NCBI GenBank assembly: GCA_904063045.1
Contig: CAJFCJ010000001.1
Span: forward strand, 1,054,001-1,118,000
DNA: 64,000 nt
From: Dimorphilus gyrociliatus
Lineage: Eukaryota; Animalia; Annelida
Direction of reading: 5' to 3'
The position numbers were made by a program, and so were the translations under genes. Shown one piece after another: positions 11,918 to 24,800 of this stretch; the first letter of the stretch is position 1, and every line of letters begins with the position of its first letter. Below the pieces are notes generated by a model. The model saw nothing but the letters and a program-made list of their open reading frames with translations. It ran no database searches and was not told the DNA's origin.

Positions 11918-12687
11918 ATGGCGCTACTTGAACTCGCTTCCGATATTCTACTTCCTGTTATGATGAGCCGTGGTAGAGACGAACAAACTGAAGGTTTAAA
12001 TTTACTTCAGATACTGACTTTTATATTTTGATTTATGCCTCAACATATATTCATTATATCTTTTTATTCGATTGTCTAGATTTGAAGATCTTTGAAAAGC
12101 GTTTGACTGAAGTAATATCGAGTTTACAACCTGCAACTAGATGTTGGAGATGTTCGTTTAATCAAAAAAATTTAAATAACTTATATAATCTTTTAATTCC
12201 TTAAATTTAGTGGCCCTATTTGTAATATCAATATGCACATCACTCGGAGCATATTATTGGCTCTCTGATCCTCAAACGTCAGAGGTTGTATAATAGTTTG
12301 AATGTTTAACATTACAATTCGCGATCTTTTCAGGTAGGGTTTACGGAATCCCTCTTTAATCATCCTCTTTTTACCATAAGTTGTTTAATATTTATGGCTC
12401 TCTTCTTTTGTGGTATTCATAAAAGGGTTGTTGCCCCTTCTATGTATCCTTTACAATTTGCAAAAATTTGTCTTTACTTTATCTACTTAGGTAACAAAAA
12501 AGTAAAATCCTTAACATTTTAAAGAATTGCAGCAAGATGTCGAACTGTTCTAGGTGACTATAATATGTCATGCGATGAGGTAATAGTTCTTGCAGTCAAC
12601 TTAAAAGTAGCCAAAGTGTAATTTGTTGTTTTTTTTAAATAATAACAGAGGGGAAAATTAATTTTAAAACCGAGACCGACGACTTGA
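11918..12687 (+). CDS. CNEP1R1: CTD nuclear envelope phosphatase 1 regulatory subunit (Spo7/TMEM188); exons 11918-11993, 12080-12151, 12211-12284, 12334-12443, 12525-12579, 12649-12687
   Basis: Hand-spliced product: [86 protein letters not shown]. It is missing from the ORF track. The start could be 11918 or 11960. Confidence 0.93.
12444..12524 (+). other. U12-type (minor spliceosome) GT-AG intron in CNEP1R1
   Basis: Donor GTATCCTTT; branch site TCCTTAAC at 12508-12515, about 10 nt from the AG; no polypyrimidine tract. Confidence 0.85.
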
Positions 12688-13646
12688 ATTTTAAAGAAGA
12701 TTCTTGTTGCTGTAAAATAAAAACTATGGGAGTACATGTTTTGAATATACTTTTAATGTGTAAATATGTGACGTCTCATTCTATTGAGCAAAGGAAATGT
12801 TAGAGTTTATAATGGATATGAAAAAATAAAATTCGTTCCTTCTATTAAGATTTCTACGTTTTTATAAGAAATATACTGAATCAAAACTACGAATTTCTTA
12901 AACTACTGAAAATTACACAACTTCGAAAGCTGTCTTTTTAATTACAGCTAATTTACCCATTACGCTATGTAGTATTTCGAAGTTATATCAATTAAAATTT
13001 ATGAGTACTTCAGGAGCTCCCTTCAAATCAAGTTTTAGAACTTCATTATACCGGCTGTTTTAGATATTTTCACCTCAGTAAAATAGTACTTAAACACACA
13101 AGCAGCCAATATGTTAGAAAAATGAGCTTGCAAGTTAAAATGTAGTTAAATTTCTAAAAATATATGGAAACCCCTGCTGTAAAAAGGATTTAATTTCCTA
13201 AAAATATTCACATTTTTAAATTCAATTTTTATTAAAATTTGACAATAGATGGCGCTAAAAATTTTAACTAATACTTAACGTTAAATATTCCTTATTTAAA
13301 AAAAATAAATTTTTAAAGGTAACTATTTGTTAAAAAAAATTTTTTACAATATTTATTTTTCCCCTCGGCTACCATAATGCAACATTCAAAATGGCCGCAT
13401 GGAATGAATTATTTTAGACATTTAACAAACTGAATTGTTCTAGTGAAGCGGCCTTTTGAATTTCAATATTTATACGGTAATTATTTATAAATAGGTGCTA
13501 CTATCTAATCCCGTTGCGTAGAATATTTGGAAATTTTGAAAAACAAACTGATTAACTATCTTTGGTTCATCCCACTCGGATATTTATCATTAATCCGGAA
13601 AATTATTAATCTGTTATGAATACAGTGTGCAAAGAATAATCTCAAA

Positions 13647-16600
13647 ATGTCGTCTGGTGACGAATGTAGTATCAGAGTAGTTTGCCGTGTTCGGCCCTTA
13701 AATTCTATTGAGGAGGCAAACAATAGCAAATTTGTTCTGAAGTTTCCATCTGCTGACAGTATAGGATGTGGGGTTAGTAATTTTTACAAAATTTCTAACT
13801 AATTTTTATTTTAAAATATTTCCCTGTAAACCATATGTATTTGTTAAGCATATGGCGCTGATTGATTATAATTGTATTAAACGTGTTTTACTTTTTTAGG
13901 GTAAAGTATATACATTCGACAAGGTATTCAAGCCGCAAGATGATCAGGAGACCGTCTATACTCAAGCTGCTAAATCTATTGTATCGGGTATGTTGACCAG
14001 ACGTGTAACAATGAATAAAAATATTATTCGAGATATTATTGTTAAACAGACGTGCTAAATGGGTATAATGGAACCATATTCGCTTATGGTCAGACCTCCA
14101 GTGGTAAAACACACACGATGGAGGGTCAAATTGGTGACCCTAGTCTGGAGGGTATTATCCCAAGAATTGTAGATGATATATATGCCTTCATCTACCAAAT
14201 GGAGGAAGTTGTTGATATAAATATAAAGGTTTGAACGCTTTACTCACGATGTTATTTATATCTTATCACTACAATGTTAATTTGTAGGCGTCTTACTTTG
14301 AAATTTATATGGACAAGATTCAAGATTTGCTAGATATTAGTAATAAAAATTTATCTGTACATGAAGATAAAAATCGAGTTCCTTATGTGAAAGATGTAAC
14401 AGTGGTTGGATGCGGATCTCCTGACGATGTAATGGATATAATAGCGCAAGGAAAAGCAAACAGACACGTAACAGTAACTAGTGAGTTGTTTTTCAAAAAT
14501 TTTGGACATAATTTTAATCCCAAAAACTTTCCTATTTGTCACGCAGACATGAATGAACACAGTTCAAGATCACATTCCGTTTTCTTGCTCAAAGTTGAAC
14601 AAGAAAATCCGAAAACAAATAAAAAGCTATCCGGTAAACTTTATCTAGTCGATTTAGCCGGCTCTGAAAAAGTTGCTAAAACCGGCGCCGAAGGCTCAGT
14701 TCTTGATGAGGCGAAAAACATAAACAGATCTCTGTCTGCTCTTGGCAATGTTATTTCTGCGCTAGCCGATGGAAATAAATCCCATGTCCCATACAGAGAC
14801 TCAAAACTAACTAGAATCCTTCAAGAATCTTTGGGAGGCAATGCTAGGACAACGATGATTATATGCTGCTCTCCCGCTAGTTTCAATGAGTCCGAAACTA
14901 AAAGTACTTTGCAATTTGGACAGCGAGCCAAGACTATTAAGAATAAGGTTGTTGTCAACGAGGAATTAACAGCCGAAGAATGGAAGAGAAGGTATGAAAA
15001 GGAAAGAGAAAAGAACCTTAAACTGAAGAAAATGGTTGACAAATACTTAGATGAACTTCAGAGATGGAGGCAAGGAGAATCTGTTCCGACAGATGAACAG
15101 GTTTCTCAAGCCTCTGCTGTATCCGGTGCTGATTCATTAACTCCAATTGAACCAGATGTTAGCTCTAGTGCAATAATTGCAGCTGGTGGAGCAGTGTCTA
15201 ACGAAGAACTTTCGGTTCTTCAAGCTGAGAAGTTGAACTTGTACCATCAATTGGATGACAAAGATGATGAAATTAAGAATCAATCTCAACAAATTGATAG
15301 CCTTCGAGAACAACTGATTGAACAAGAAGATATGATGGATAGCACTAAGAGAGATTTTGAAAATCTTCAAGTAGAAATGCAAAGAATGCAAAGTGAAAAC
15401 GAGAGTGCAAAGGAAGAGGTAAAAGAAGTGTTGAATGCACTCGAAGAATTAGCTATTAACTACGATCAAAAAAATAGCGAGGTTGAGAGAAAATCTCAGC
15501 AACTTGAAGATATTGCTGAAGATCTTGAATTAGCTAGATCTAAAGTGAAAAATTACGAAATGGAAATGAAACAATTGAAGGATATTAATTTACATTCAAG
15601 AAACAGAAGTTTGGATATGATGTCTCAATTCCTCAAGGAAATAGGAGAAATGGCAACATTTGTCAATGGAGAGAATTTGAGTGTACCTACATTTACCTCA
15701 ATGGATAAGATTGAGGAGGAATTTACTCATGCTAGGCTATTTTTAAATAGATTAAAGACAGAAATGAAAAATGTGGCTAGTCGATGCTCTCAAGTTGAGA
15801 CGCAGCAAACTGAGTTAACAAAGGCCCTAGAAAGTAGAGAAAGAGAGTTATCTGAAAATAAATTAGTCGTTCAACAACATGAAGCAAAAGTAAAATCTGT
15901 AACAGAATTGCAAAGAGAAACTGAACAGAAAAAGCGTCAATTAGAAAGCGAGCTGGACAACTTAACGGATGAAATGGAGCAATTGAAAACTCAGAAGGAT
16001 ATTTTAGCTAGAGAAGAGAAGGAACGTTCAATGACTGCTGACGAAATGAAAGAGGCGCTGGAAAGACGGCTCTCTGAACATCATGAGCAACATACTAAAC
16101 AATTGTCTGGATTGCGAACAGAGATTTCAGACAAAGAAAGACAGCTTGAAGAAACAAAGGACCAACATCAAAAATTACAATTGGTTCATGAACAATTAAG
16201 TGAAGAGTTGGCCAAGTTAAGGGTAGAAAATGCTGAGAAAACTCAAAAATTAGGTGTACTATCTCAACAAATGGAAAGACAAGACCAAGCGAAGGCTGAC
16301 CTTAAAGGTCTGGAGGAAACAGTAGCTATGGAGCTTCAAAAGTTACATAATTTAAGGAAATTACTTGTAGCTGACTTACAAAATCGTGTTAAAAAATCGT
16401 CAAAGATTAGTGTAGAAGAAGACGATGGAGCGGCTGATGCCGGAGGTTCTGTTGCTCAAAAACAGAAGATATCCTTCCTAGAAACAAACTTAGAGCAGCT
16501 GACAAAAGTGCACAAACAGCTCGTAAGAGATAATGCTGATCTAAGATGTGAATTACCTAAATTAGAGAAAAGATTAAGGGCTACAATGGAGAGAGTAAAG

Positions 16601-16825
16601 AGCCTGGAAGGAGCCTTAAAGGAAGCTAAGGAAGGAGCTATGAGGGATAGAAAGAGATATCAGAGTGAAGTCGACAGAATAAAAGAAGCTGTTAGACAAA
16701 AGAACTTGCAAAAGAGAGGTCATATGCCGATGATTTCTAAGCCAATTCGAACAGGCCAAAATTTAAATGCGGCTGCCATCGGAGCTATGAGAGCAACAAG
16801 ACAGCCTCATCATAGCAACAACTAA
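13647..16825 (+). CDS. KIF5: Kinesin-1 heavy chain; exons 13647-13772, 13900-13987, 14050-14228, 14288-14480, 14547-16825
   Basis: [54 protein letters not shown], long coiled coil, [39 protein letters not shown], and tail ISKPIR (IAK motif). Confidence 0.98.
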
Positions 16826-17454
16826 TTTTGTAACCATCTAGTCAGCTTTCAAAGAATTCAACTACGTATTCTTATAGTTTTAGTTTTTCTCTTATATAAA
16901 AATGCGTACTTGTGAGGCTTTGAATTTTCGATGAACTTTTTTCGATCAAAGCCTCATAAGTTATTTGGGTTTGTTAGTTTATACTTATTTACTCATTTAT
17001 GCCTTTATTTATCTAAGAGTCGAATACTTAATATCTATAAAAAAGAGAATACTGCATAAGATTTCTGGTCGTATGTATTAAGTAGGTTCATTTAATTTAT
17101 TCTTGCAAAAAAAATATTTGGATGGTCGTCATTTAAAGAAAACTTCCTATTTATTGTGCCTGTTTTTTGTTTAAGAGAACGCATGGTTATTGTATGCCAT
17201 TTTTTTTCTTTCCATAAAGGTTTAGGGAATGCTTATTCGCTTTGAAGTAATAAAAATGGTTCCGTAAAAAAATAAAAATACTTTCAACCTATCCAGCGTA
17301 CAATGTACTGTAAAAAATAATTACTATAAACATTAGTCAAAATTAATAATCTCTACGTCATTGTTATTTAATTAGAGCACAAATGTAACTATTGTTTCAA
17401 TATACTAGTAGAGAAAAAAATACAAGGTAAAATTTTCGCTATTCGTGAGGAACG

Positions 17455-17974
17455 AAGTGATGATTTGGCTAAGTTAATGATAGAAAATGCTGAGGAATCT
17501 CAAAAATTGAGTGTACCATCTAACAAATGGAAAGACAAGACCAAGCGAAGGCTAATCTAAAATGTGAATTACCTAAATTAGACAAATGATTTAGGGTTAT
17601 AATGGAGAGAGAAAGGGCCTAAAAGGAACTGTCAGAGATAAAAAAAAAGATATCATAGTGAATTCGACAGAATAAAAGAACTTGCAAAAGAGAGGTCATA
17701 TGCCAATGATTTCTAAGCCAATTCGAACAGGCCAAAATTTAAATGCGGCTGCCATCGTGCTATGAGAGTATCAAAACAACCTCATCATAGCAACAACTAA
17801 TTTTGTAATCTAGTCAGCTTTCAAAGAATTCAACTACGTATTCTCATAATTTTGGTTTTTCTCTTAAACAATGAAAAAATCAATAATCACTACGTCAATT
17901 AGAATATTAATGTAAATTGTTGTTTTTATATATTTATAGAACAGAAAAAACATAAGATAAAATTGTCGCTATTC
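17455..17974 (+). pseudogene. Degraded tandem duplicate of the kinesin 3' coding end and downstream flank (source about 16198-17444)
   Basis: Collinear matches to 16198-16296, 16538-16894 and 17340-17444, with frameshifts, stops and internal deletions. Confidence 0.92.
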
Positions 17975-18149
17975 TAATCTAATGCGATCTCTTGTATTTA
18001 TGCTCAGATGAAAAAAATGCATCTAATTTGAAAAACTACTTTTAATACCTATTTTCCTACTACGATCGAAGATTTTTTAAAAAAAAGCATTCAAACTTTT
18101 TCAAGTAGCTAAAAATAAAAAGTTATTGTCATATTTTCATTTTCCACTC

Positions 18150-19013
18150 TCATGTCCAAAATTTCGATTTAGCGTACTTTCTGTTAATATCTGCTAAAAT
18201 TATTTTATATTGAAGTTCTTTTTCTGACAATAAACTATCGTGTAAATCAATATCTTCTCTTTCTAAAAATAAATCAAAGAAATATGAAATTTTCTTCATT
18301 TATGATGAATAATATAAAAAAAATATGGTAAACCTTCTTTTGGTACTCTCCCTCTTCTTTTTAATCCATATTGTATAGTTGAAGATATTGACGGCTTCTG
18401 ATAGAAAAAATATTCTAATTAAATACAAGAAAGCCGGTAATAATGAAAGAATGAGAAAAATGAGTCTTTCATCTATTATTCAATATTTGTAATTTCATTT
18501 ATGAAAGAAATATATTAAATGCTAAATGCAGTAGTAAATCTATCGAATGTGGGATAAATAGCACATCTAATAATATGAACCTTTGATGAACTCAATGTCA
18601 TGGCTGTTCTTTCTGGTCTCTCTGGTCTTTCTAATCTTTTGAGACGCTCTCTTCTTTTCCTACTACCTATACTTTCCTCTTCGGCTAAAAAGAACATGAT
18701 AAAGATCTTTAAATATGCTTTTAAAAATGAATATTTCTCAAATTAAAGCTCTACTTACTGTCAATATTCTGTAATTGAGCGATTTTTTTACAAAATATAT
18801 AACCGCATACACAGGTTTTACAAGCTACTGGCCTCTGTAACAATTCATTGTTTTTGTAAACAAGTTCACGAAAAAGAAAAGCGCTAAACTTACAAAAGTT
18901 GAGCATTCGGGACACCTTTTTAAAGCATGTCTTCCATTAGGTTTTTGTTCGGTGGCCTTTTTACCATGATTTGATTCTTGATTTGGCGTTAGACGCTCGT
19001 TGTTTTCATTCAT
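18150..19013 (-). CDS. C16orf87: UPF0547 zinc-ribbon protein, C16orf87 ortholog, 5 exons
   Basis: Hand-spliced: KRCPECSTF|RPVACKTCVCGYIF, RKRRERLKR, GLKRRGRVPKE and EDIDLHDSLLSEKELQYKIILADINRK. These match the recalled human motifs [31 protein letters not shown] and ALAEINRK. Confidence 0.88.
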
Positions 19014-19364
19014 CGTAATTAAAGTATACAATGAATCTTACGCACCGGTGAGTCACCGGTTGGGAACCGATTGAAGCAAATGGTTAAAATAAATAAGACT
19101 GAATAATCGATTACTAATATTCTATTATTATATTGAACAAAAATAAACCCGACTTATTTAAATTCTAAAAATAGCTTTTAAAAAAATAATTAAATTTCCT
19201 AATAAAAAATAGATATCAAACTTTTTTTGGTCTTATTATAGATAAAGCGCTATACTTTTCACAAATTCTATATATTAAAATAATAATTATATCACTGTAA
19301 CATTTATAACACTTTATATCAAGCTTGATTAAATTCGAAGATAAGAACAGAAAAATATCAAAGT

Positions 19365-21871
19365 TTATCTATCGGAACGAATTTTGCCAGAGAGTAATTT
19401 TTTCGCTTTCACAGATTTCGCTAGTTCTATAGGCCTTAAATTGTCGATGTTACGAATATTAGTATCCGCACCTTTTCTTAATAAAGATGCTATAACATCT
19501 TGCTTATCTTCCATTGAGGCCAAATGTAAAGGAGAATTCTTAACGCGATTGAGTACATTTACATTTGCACCCCTACCCAATAAGGCTTCAACAACACCCT
19601 TATGGCCTTCTTCTGCAGCCAAGTGTAAAGGTGTCATACCGTCTGAAGTTTTGTGATTTACATTGGCGCCTCTTACGCACAACAATCTAACAACGTCGTA
19701 ATGTCCTTGTTCAGCTGCCAAACAAAGAGGACTTTCGCCTTTATTACCTTCTCCATTGATTGTTTGATGTCCATTTCTGATTAAAGCATCTGCAACCTGA
19801 CAATGACCTGCCTGAGCTGCAAAATGAAGAGCTACCCATCCCTCGGAATCTTCTATTTGTGTGTTTGCTCTATAGTGTAGTAAGAGTTTAACAACGTCTA
19901 AGTGATCGTTCTGTGCAGCGTAGAAGAGAGGGGTAAAGCCATTATCGTTTACGGTATTAATTTCGGCGCCGGCTTTTATCAACAATTCGGCTGCATGAGG
20001 CTGGTTTTCTTCGGCTGCAATTTGTAAAGGTGTTCCACCAGTTTTATCTTTGGCTTTAGGATTAGCTCCTCTTGCTAATAGCAGTTTAACGACTTTGATC
20101 CTTCCAAGACCAGCTGCGTCGTGTAAAGCTGTGCTTCCATCATTTCTCTGGTGATTTACATCAGCCCCGGCATCTAAAAGCATTCTATTTACGAAATATT
20201 ATTTATTATATGTACTATAATAAACGCCTAATATAAACCTAGATATTTCTTCATTGCCTTGAGCGGCAGCCACTTGTAAGCAGGAAATACCACCCCGCAG
20301 AGAACCGTTGGGATCTGCTCGCCCTGTCAATAATATTTCAACGCTAGATATTTTCTCAGACCGCACTGCATGAAAGAGGTGGTTATAACCATCGGATCTG
20401 GCTTTATGAACATCTGCTCCAGCCTGTAGTAGTAGTTCTGTCACATCTCTGCATAAAATTGAGTCATATTAATAACAAATTTATTGATTTGATTACGAAC
20501 CTATGACCATTTTCTATTGCCTCTCCTAGAGCTGTACTCTTATTTGGATCACTTGCCACATGATCAACATTCGACTCGTATCGTAATAGAAGGTCAACCA
20601 CTGCTGTGTGACCTCCGCCACTAGCTACTATTAATGGTATGCAACCAATCTTTGATGGACGATCTACAAAGGCACCTTGCCTAAGTAGATAATCAACAAC
20701 AGGAACGTGTCCATTTTGAGAAGCTAAGTATAAAGGGCTGAAGCCTTCGGAAGTCTGACAATTTATGTCCGCCCCGTTCCTTTGTAATTCCTCAACGCAA
20801 GGCTTATGACCCCAAAAAGCAGCCATATGGATAGGCCTCCAATCCTTATCAATATGACCTCCTCCAACAAGCTCATCTTGAAAGTATCACGACCATTGTC
20901 ATCAAAGTCAGAGTTGATTGCAAAATACTTACCAGTATCTCGTTCAATACAGATTGGTCCAATGGCTGTATCAACATTCATCGTACTCATTGTATCAGCA
21001 CCTCCAATGTTAGCAAGAGTTCTTATTACTCCTTCTTTACCATATCGAGCACCTATATGCATTGCAGTAGCTCCATTTTTCATAGTTCCATCTACTAGAG
21101 CTCCAGCTTTAATTAGCATTTGTACAATTTTAGGGCTACCGATATGGCTTGCCGAATGCAAAGGTGTTTCTCCGTCCTTTCTTACGCTGTTAGGATTAGC
21201 TTGATTGCTATAAAAATCAAAGAAATATTATTATAAAGTTTATCATATGGAGTAGTTTTTACAGTACTTTAATAGTAGATCTACAATATCCTCTCTTTTC
21301 TTATCAATAGCAATGTGCAAAACTGTTTCATTCTTTTTTGTTTTTATATTGCAGTCTGCTCCTGCAGCCAGGAGCATTTTTGCTGGAATTTTATGTTCCC
21401 CAAGAACGGATAAATAGAGAGCTGTATAACCTTCTCCAGTTTGAGTATCAACTCTTGCTCCTCCATCTATTAAGGTACCAATCGTTTGAGGATGACCTTT
21501 TTGAGCCGCCAAATGAAGCGGGGTATAACCGTACTTGGTTTGCAGATTAGGATTAGCGTTCTGTTCCAGAAGATATTCGCATACAGCTACTTGACCATTG
21601 TAAGCTGCCAAAGACAGAGCCGTTCCACCCCATTCGTTTCTTTGTAGATAAAAGTTAAAAGATGGAAATGAGATGTTTTACAAAGATAAGATAAAGATAA
21701 AAGGCTGTTTTTTTCCCATCTAAAGTGTATACACTACCTACTATCCAATTTCGCGCCCCTTTTCACTAAATGCTTTACCACTTGTAAGTTGCCTCTTTCA
21801 GCAGAATCAAAAAGTTCGTATTGTAGACTCGAAGAAGTGTTCTCCGAAACAATTGAATCGCTATCCGCCAT
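19365..21871 (-). CDS. Ankyrin-repeat protein of about 730 aa, roughly 20 repeats with no other domain seen; 6 exons
   Basis: Repeated G.TPLH.AA..GH..VV..LL..GA.VN units across ORFs 21243-21611, 20763-21161, 20464-20826, 20199-20444 and 19365-20183, joined by short GT-AG introns. ATG at 21871. Confidence 0.9.
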
Positions 21872-23006
21872 TTTAAAATTAAAAATATAAGCAGAAATTA
21901 AACTGTAAAGAGTAAAAATACTCTGCAAGAGGAAAATAAACGCAAGAAGGTAATTCTTGAAAAGCTTGAAAAGAATCTTAGAAATAAAGATATAAACTCT
22001 GAGATCAACTTTAAAGGTTGACTCTAAGTTTGAGAATGACAGGGAGAAAAAGGGGGCGGTGGAAGGTAAAGAATAAGAACATTGGAATTATCTAAGAAAT
22101 TAAGGGTAAATAAACTCTAAAATAATACTCTAAACTATAAAATAATCACGAATCTTTCATTTATATATAATATTTGTTTTTCTAATAAGAAAATAAATAT
22201 AACATGTATATAGAAGATGTATAAAACAAAACTACAATGTCATATTCTATAATATATTCGTGATAAGATGCACGTAAAGATTCGAGCTTTAACCTTAAAA
22301 TTTTAACATTGATAATAAAGAGCTAATTGAAAGTTATCTGGACAATCTTTCAGGAATTAGACAGAACTACATATATTTATTTACATAGATTATAAATCTA
22401 TTTACTCGGTAGAATAGAATTAGAGCACTTGAAATATATTCATATATATATTATTGTTAATATTATGATTATTTTATAAAAGCAATTGTCTTTCTTTATT
22501 ATCAGAAAAGGTTTTATCTAATTAAATAAATTTCACGTATATATTTCCTTTGCCTTGCATATATACATATGCAATATATATATGATAAGCAATGGTGTAC
22601 AAAAGTCGACAACTACTAGAGTCATCTGCTGTTTATAAAAAAAGAAAGCATCAATAGTTTTCGACAAATATTGAATTCTAGAAGAAACAGATATGACTAC
22701 ACATTTTACATTTACATACAGCATATATACTGTACATAGTGTATACGAAAAAAAGAGACTCATGAAACTATAAACATTTAATTCTTTTACTTAGTGAAAA
22801 AAAAAGAAGAAAGATATATGCTTGTTTTTTCTTTAAAAAAAAAAAAGGAAGATACGCTTTATCATCATTTCATAAAGAAATAAAATCAAAATACAAAAAA
22901 AAAATAAATCTCTCTGCTCTTTTTTCTTTTTTTTTTACAACTCTAAAATTCATTAGAACAGTAGAAAAATATTCCTTTTAAAAAATATCTAAAATATTTT
23001 AAGTTT

Positions 23007-23047
23007 TTTCTTTCTTTCTTTCTTTCTTTCTTTCTCTCTCTCTCTCT
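23007..23047. repeat. (TTTC)n/(TC)n microsatellite
   Basis: Read directly from the sequence. Confidence 0.9.
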
Positions 23048-23333
23048 TTTTCCTTCTATCATTCATTCATTGTTTTATATTTTTTTTGGTTTATTTTCAA
23101 TTTTAGTTTTGTAAAGTGACGTGACAAAAATATTCTAAAATTATATAGTAATTTTGCTCTTATACGTTTTTGTTGTTTATCAGCTATTAACGACTATTTA
23201 AACTAGTTATATATATATATATGTATATACATGACAATTATATATACACTATATATATTACTGTACATGTATATGCATACGTAAATATTACTGTTGTTTT
23301 TCGCTTAGTAGAGATGGGGGCGAGGAGTAACTA

Positions 23334-23336
<3 letters not shown>

Positions 23337-23368
<32 letters not shown>
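23337..23368. repeat. (GA)n microsatellite
   Basis: Read directly from the sequence. Confidence 0.95.
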
Positions 23369-23371
<3 letters not shown>

Positions 23372-23561
23372 TGGAAGGGGGAGAGAGAAAAAGAAAGAAT
23401 AAAAATGGTGATTAAACAGTTTCTATAAGACAATTTAAATGATTTGGTTTCTTTTTCAAGGAAGAGAAGAGACTAAAGTTAAAGTTTTCTTTTTCTGTAA
23501 ATAGAGATGCTTAGTTTTCTTTCTTTAAAAAAAAAAGACTCAAAAATAACTAATATTCTTT

Positions 23562-24417
23562 TTAGACTTCCATCGATGAGATACTCTTATCCGAACACAA
23601 TCGTTTCTCTTCCGGTTCATTAGCAAGGTTTTGAACGCTATTAAAATACTTGTTTAATATGTCTAAACGTTCTTCAGAAACGAAATCTTCCAAACGTTCT
23701 GATCGTAAATCGGCCAGAGTTAATTTCCGTTTTCTACCAGAATTGTGTTGGTTTTCAGTTGAATCGTTTACGGAACCGATTTCAGTCTGTTTTGCGGGCA
23801 TCAACTCTGTATGCATAATCTCCTCCTCTGTGAGTGTAGCATCTTCAATTTTCCAGCCGATTTCGTTAAAAAATGAATGACAGCCTTCGTCTTGAGCGAA
23901 AAAATAGGTTTTTACACTATTGAAATATCTATCTAATTTGCCAAATTCAACATCTTGCAGAGCAAATATTTCAATATCTGCTGGATCTGGAATATCTTTC
24001 AAACCGACATACAACTCGTATTCTGGTTTCAAAGTCCCTTTTCTGTCAAATACTTCAGATGATATCCCACTAGTCGAAGAAGTTTTCATAGTTTCTTCAT
24101 TCCTCTGTTTTCCTTCAGCCTTTGACTTTTTTATCGATGGCAAGAATGAACTAGTCTTTTTACTGAGTTTTCGTTGCATAACACTTTCTTCTACATATAA
24201 AACCATAATTAATCGTCAGAATTAACCCAAATGCATAATTAACTTACGTCGGCTATCGTTGGTATGATTTGAGTCGTTGTCTATTTTCCCTCTCGAGTTG
24301 AGTTTATACTAAAAAGATCGTATGAGTATCTTGAAAGTCACATTATTTCGGTTAATCAACTTTTTATGGTCTAAAAAGTTTGAGAATCATATAGAAAATA
24401 AATTCTCTTACCTTCAT
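23562..24417 (-). CDS. Uncharacterised 231-aa protein; exons 24412-24417, 24248-24308, 23562-24190; head-to-head with ARL6
   Basis: 214-aa open frame plus two small upstream exons with GTAAG donors and consistent phases (696 nt in total). No family recognised. Confidence 0.65.
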
Positions 24418-24800
24418 TTTTATTTTTCCAAATCTTTTTAAAATCGGAAAATATTTAATTAATGCTTTATTTCTCTCAGCCATCTAGGTATTTAAAGGCG
24501 GAAAGTAAAAAAGAGGTTGCGTGTTCCGAGCTCAAAATTGAGCATCAATTTCTAAATCAAAATTCAGCCACATGTAACTAAGAACGCCGGGAAGTGAAAT
24601 ATTTTCTCGACCACATTTTTGAGGTAGGAAAAATCGATCAGTCTTGCGAAACTGATACTTAAGAGGAGTAACAAATCACAATTGGAGCATTTTGTTGAAA
24701 TTAGCACTTGAATAGCTCAGAAATATCAAAGGAAATTATTATTTAAATTAGAATCCTTTTACTTCATCCTAATTACGTTGGGGCTTTAAATTTCGCAGTT

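Noticed and set aside
14481-14546. Apparent 22-aa insertion in kinesin switch I in the 838-aa ORF
   Set aside because: It is a 66-nt stop-free GT-AG intron, and splicing restores [14 protein letters not shown]. Similar 3n introns occur in the mucin gene (57 nt) and ABCA (40386-40439). A few are expected by chance among dozens of short introns.
17424-17444. Possible target-site duplication suggesting a kinesin retrocopy
   Set aside because: The match extends about 100 bp and is part of the duplicated flank; there is no poly(A) tail.
20763-20935. Apparent TM tail on ankyrin ORF 20763-21161
   Set aside because: Read-through of a roughly 56-nt intron; the spliced frame continues as ankyrin repeats (DKDWRPIHMAAF).
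24550-24800. RFX X-box expected upstream of ARL6/BBS3
   Set aside because: No convincing GTNNCCATGGNAAC-like match seen; only a partial one far away at about 27787.
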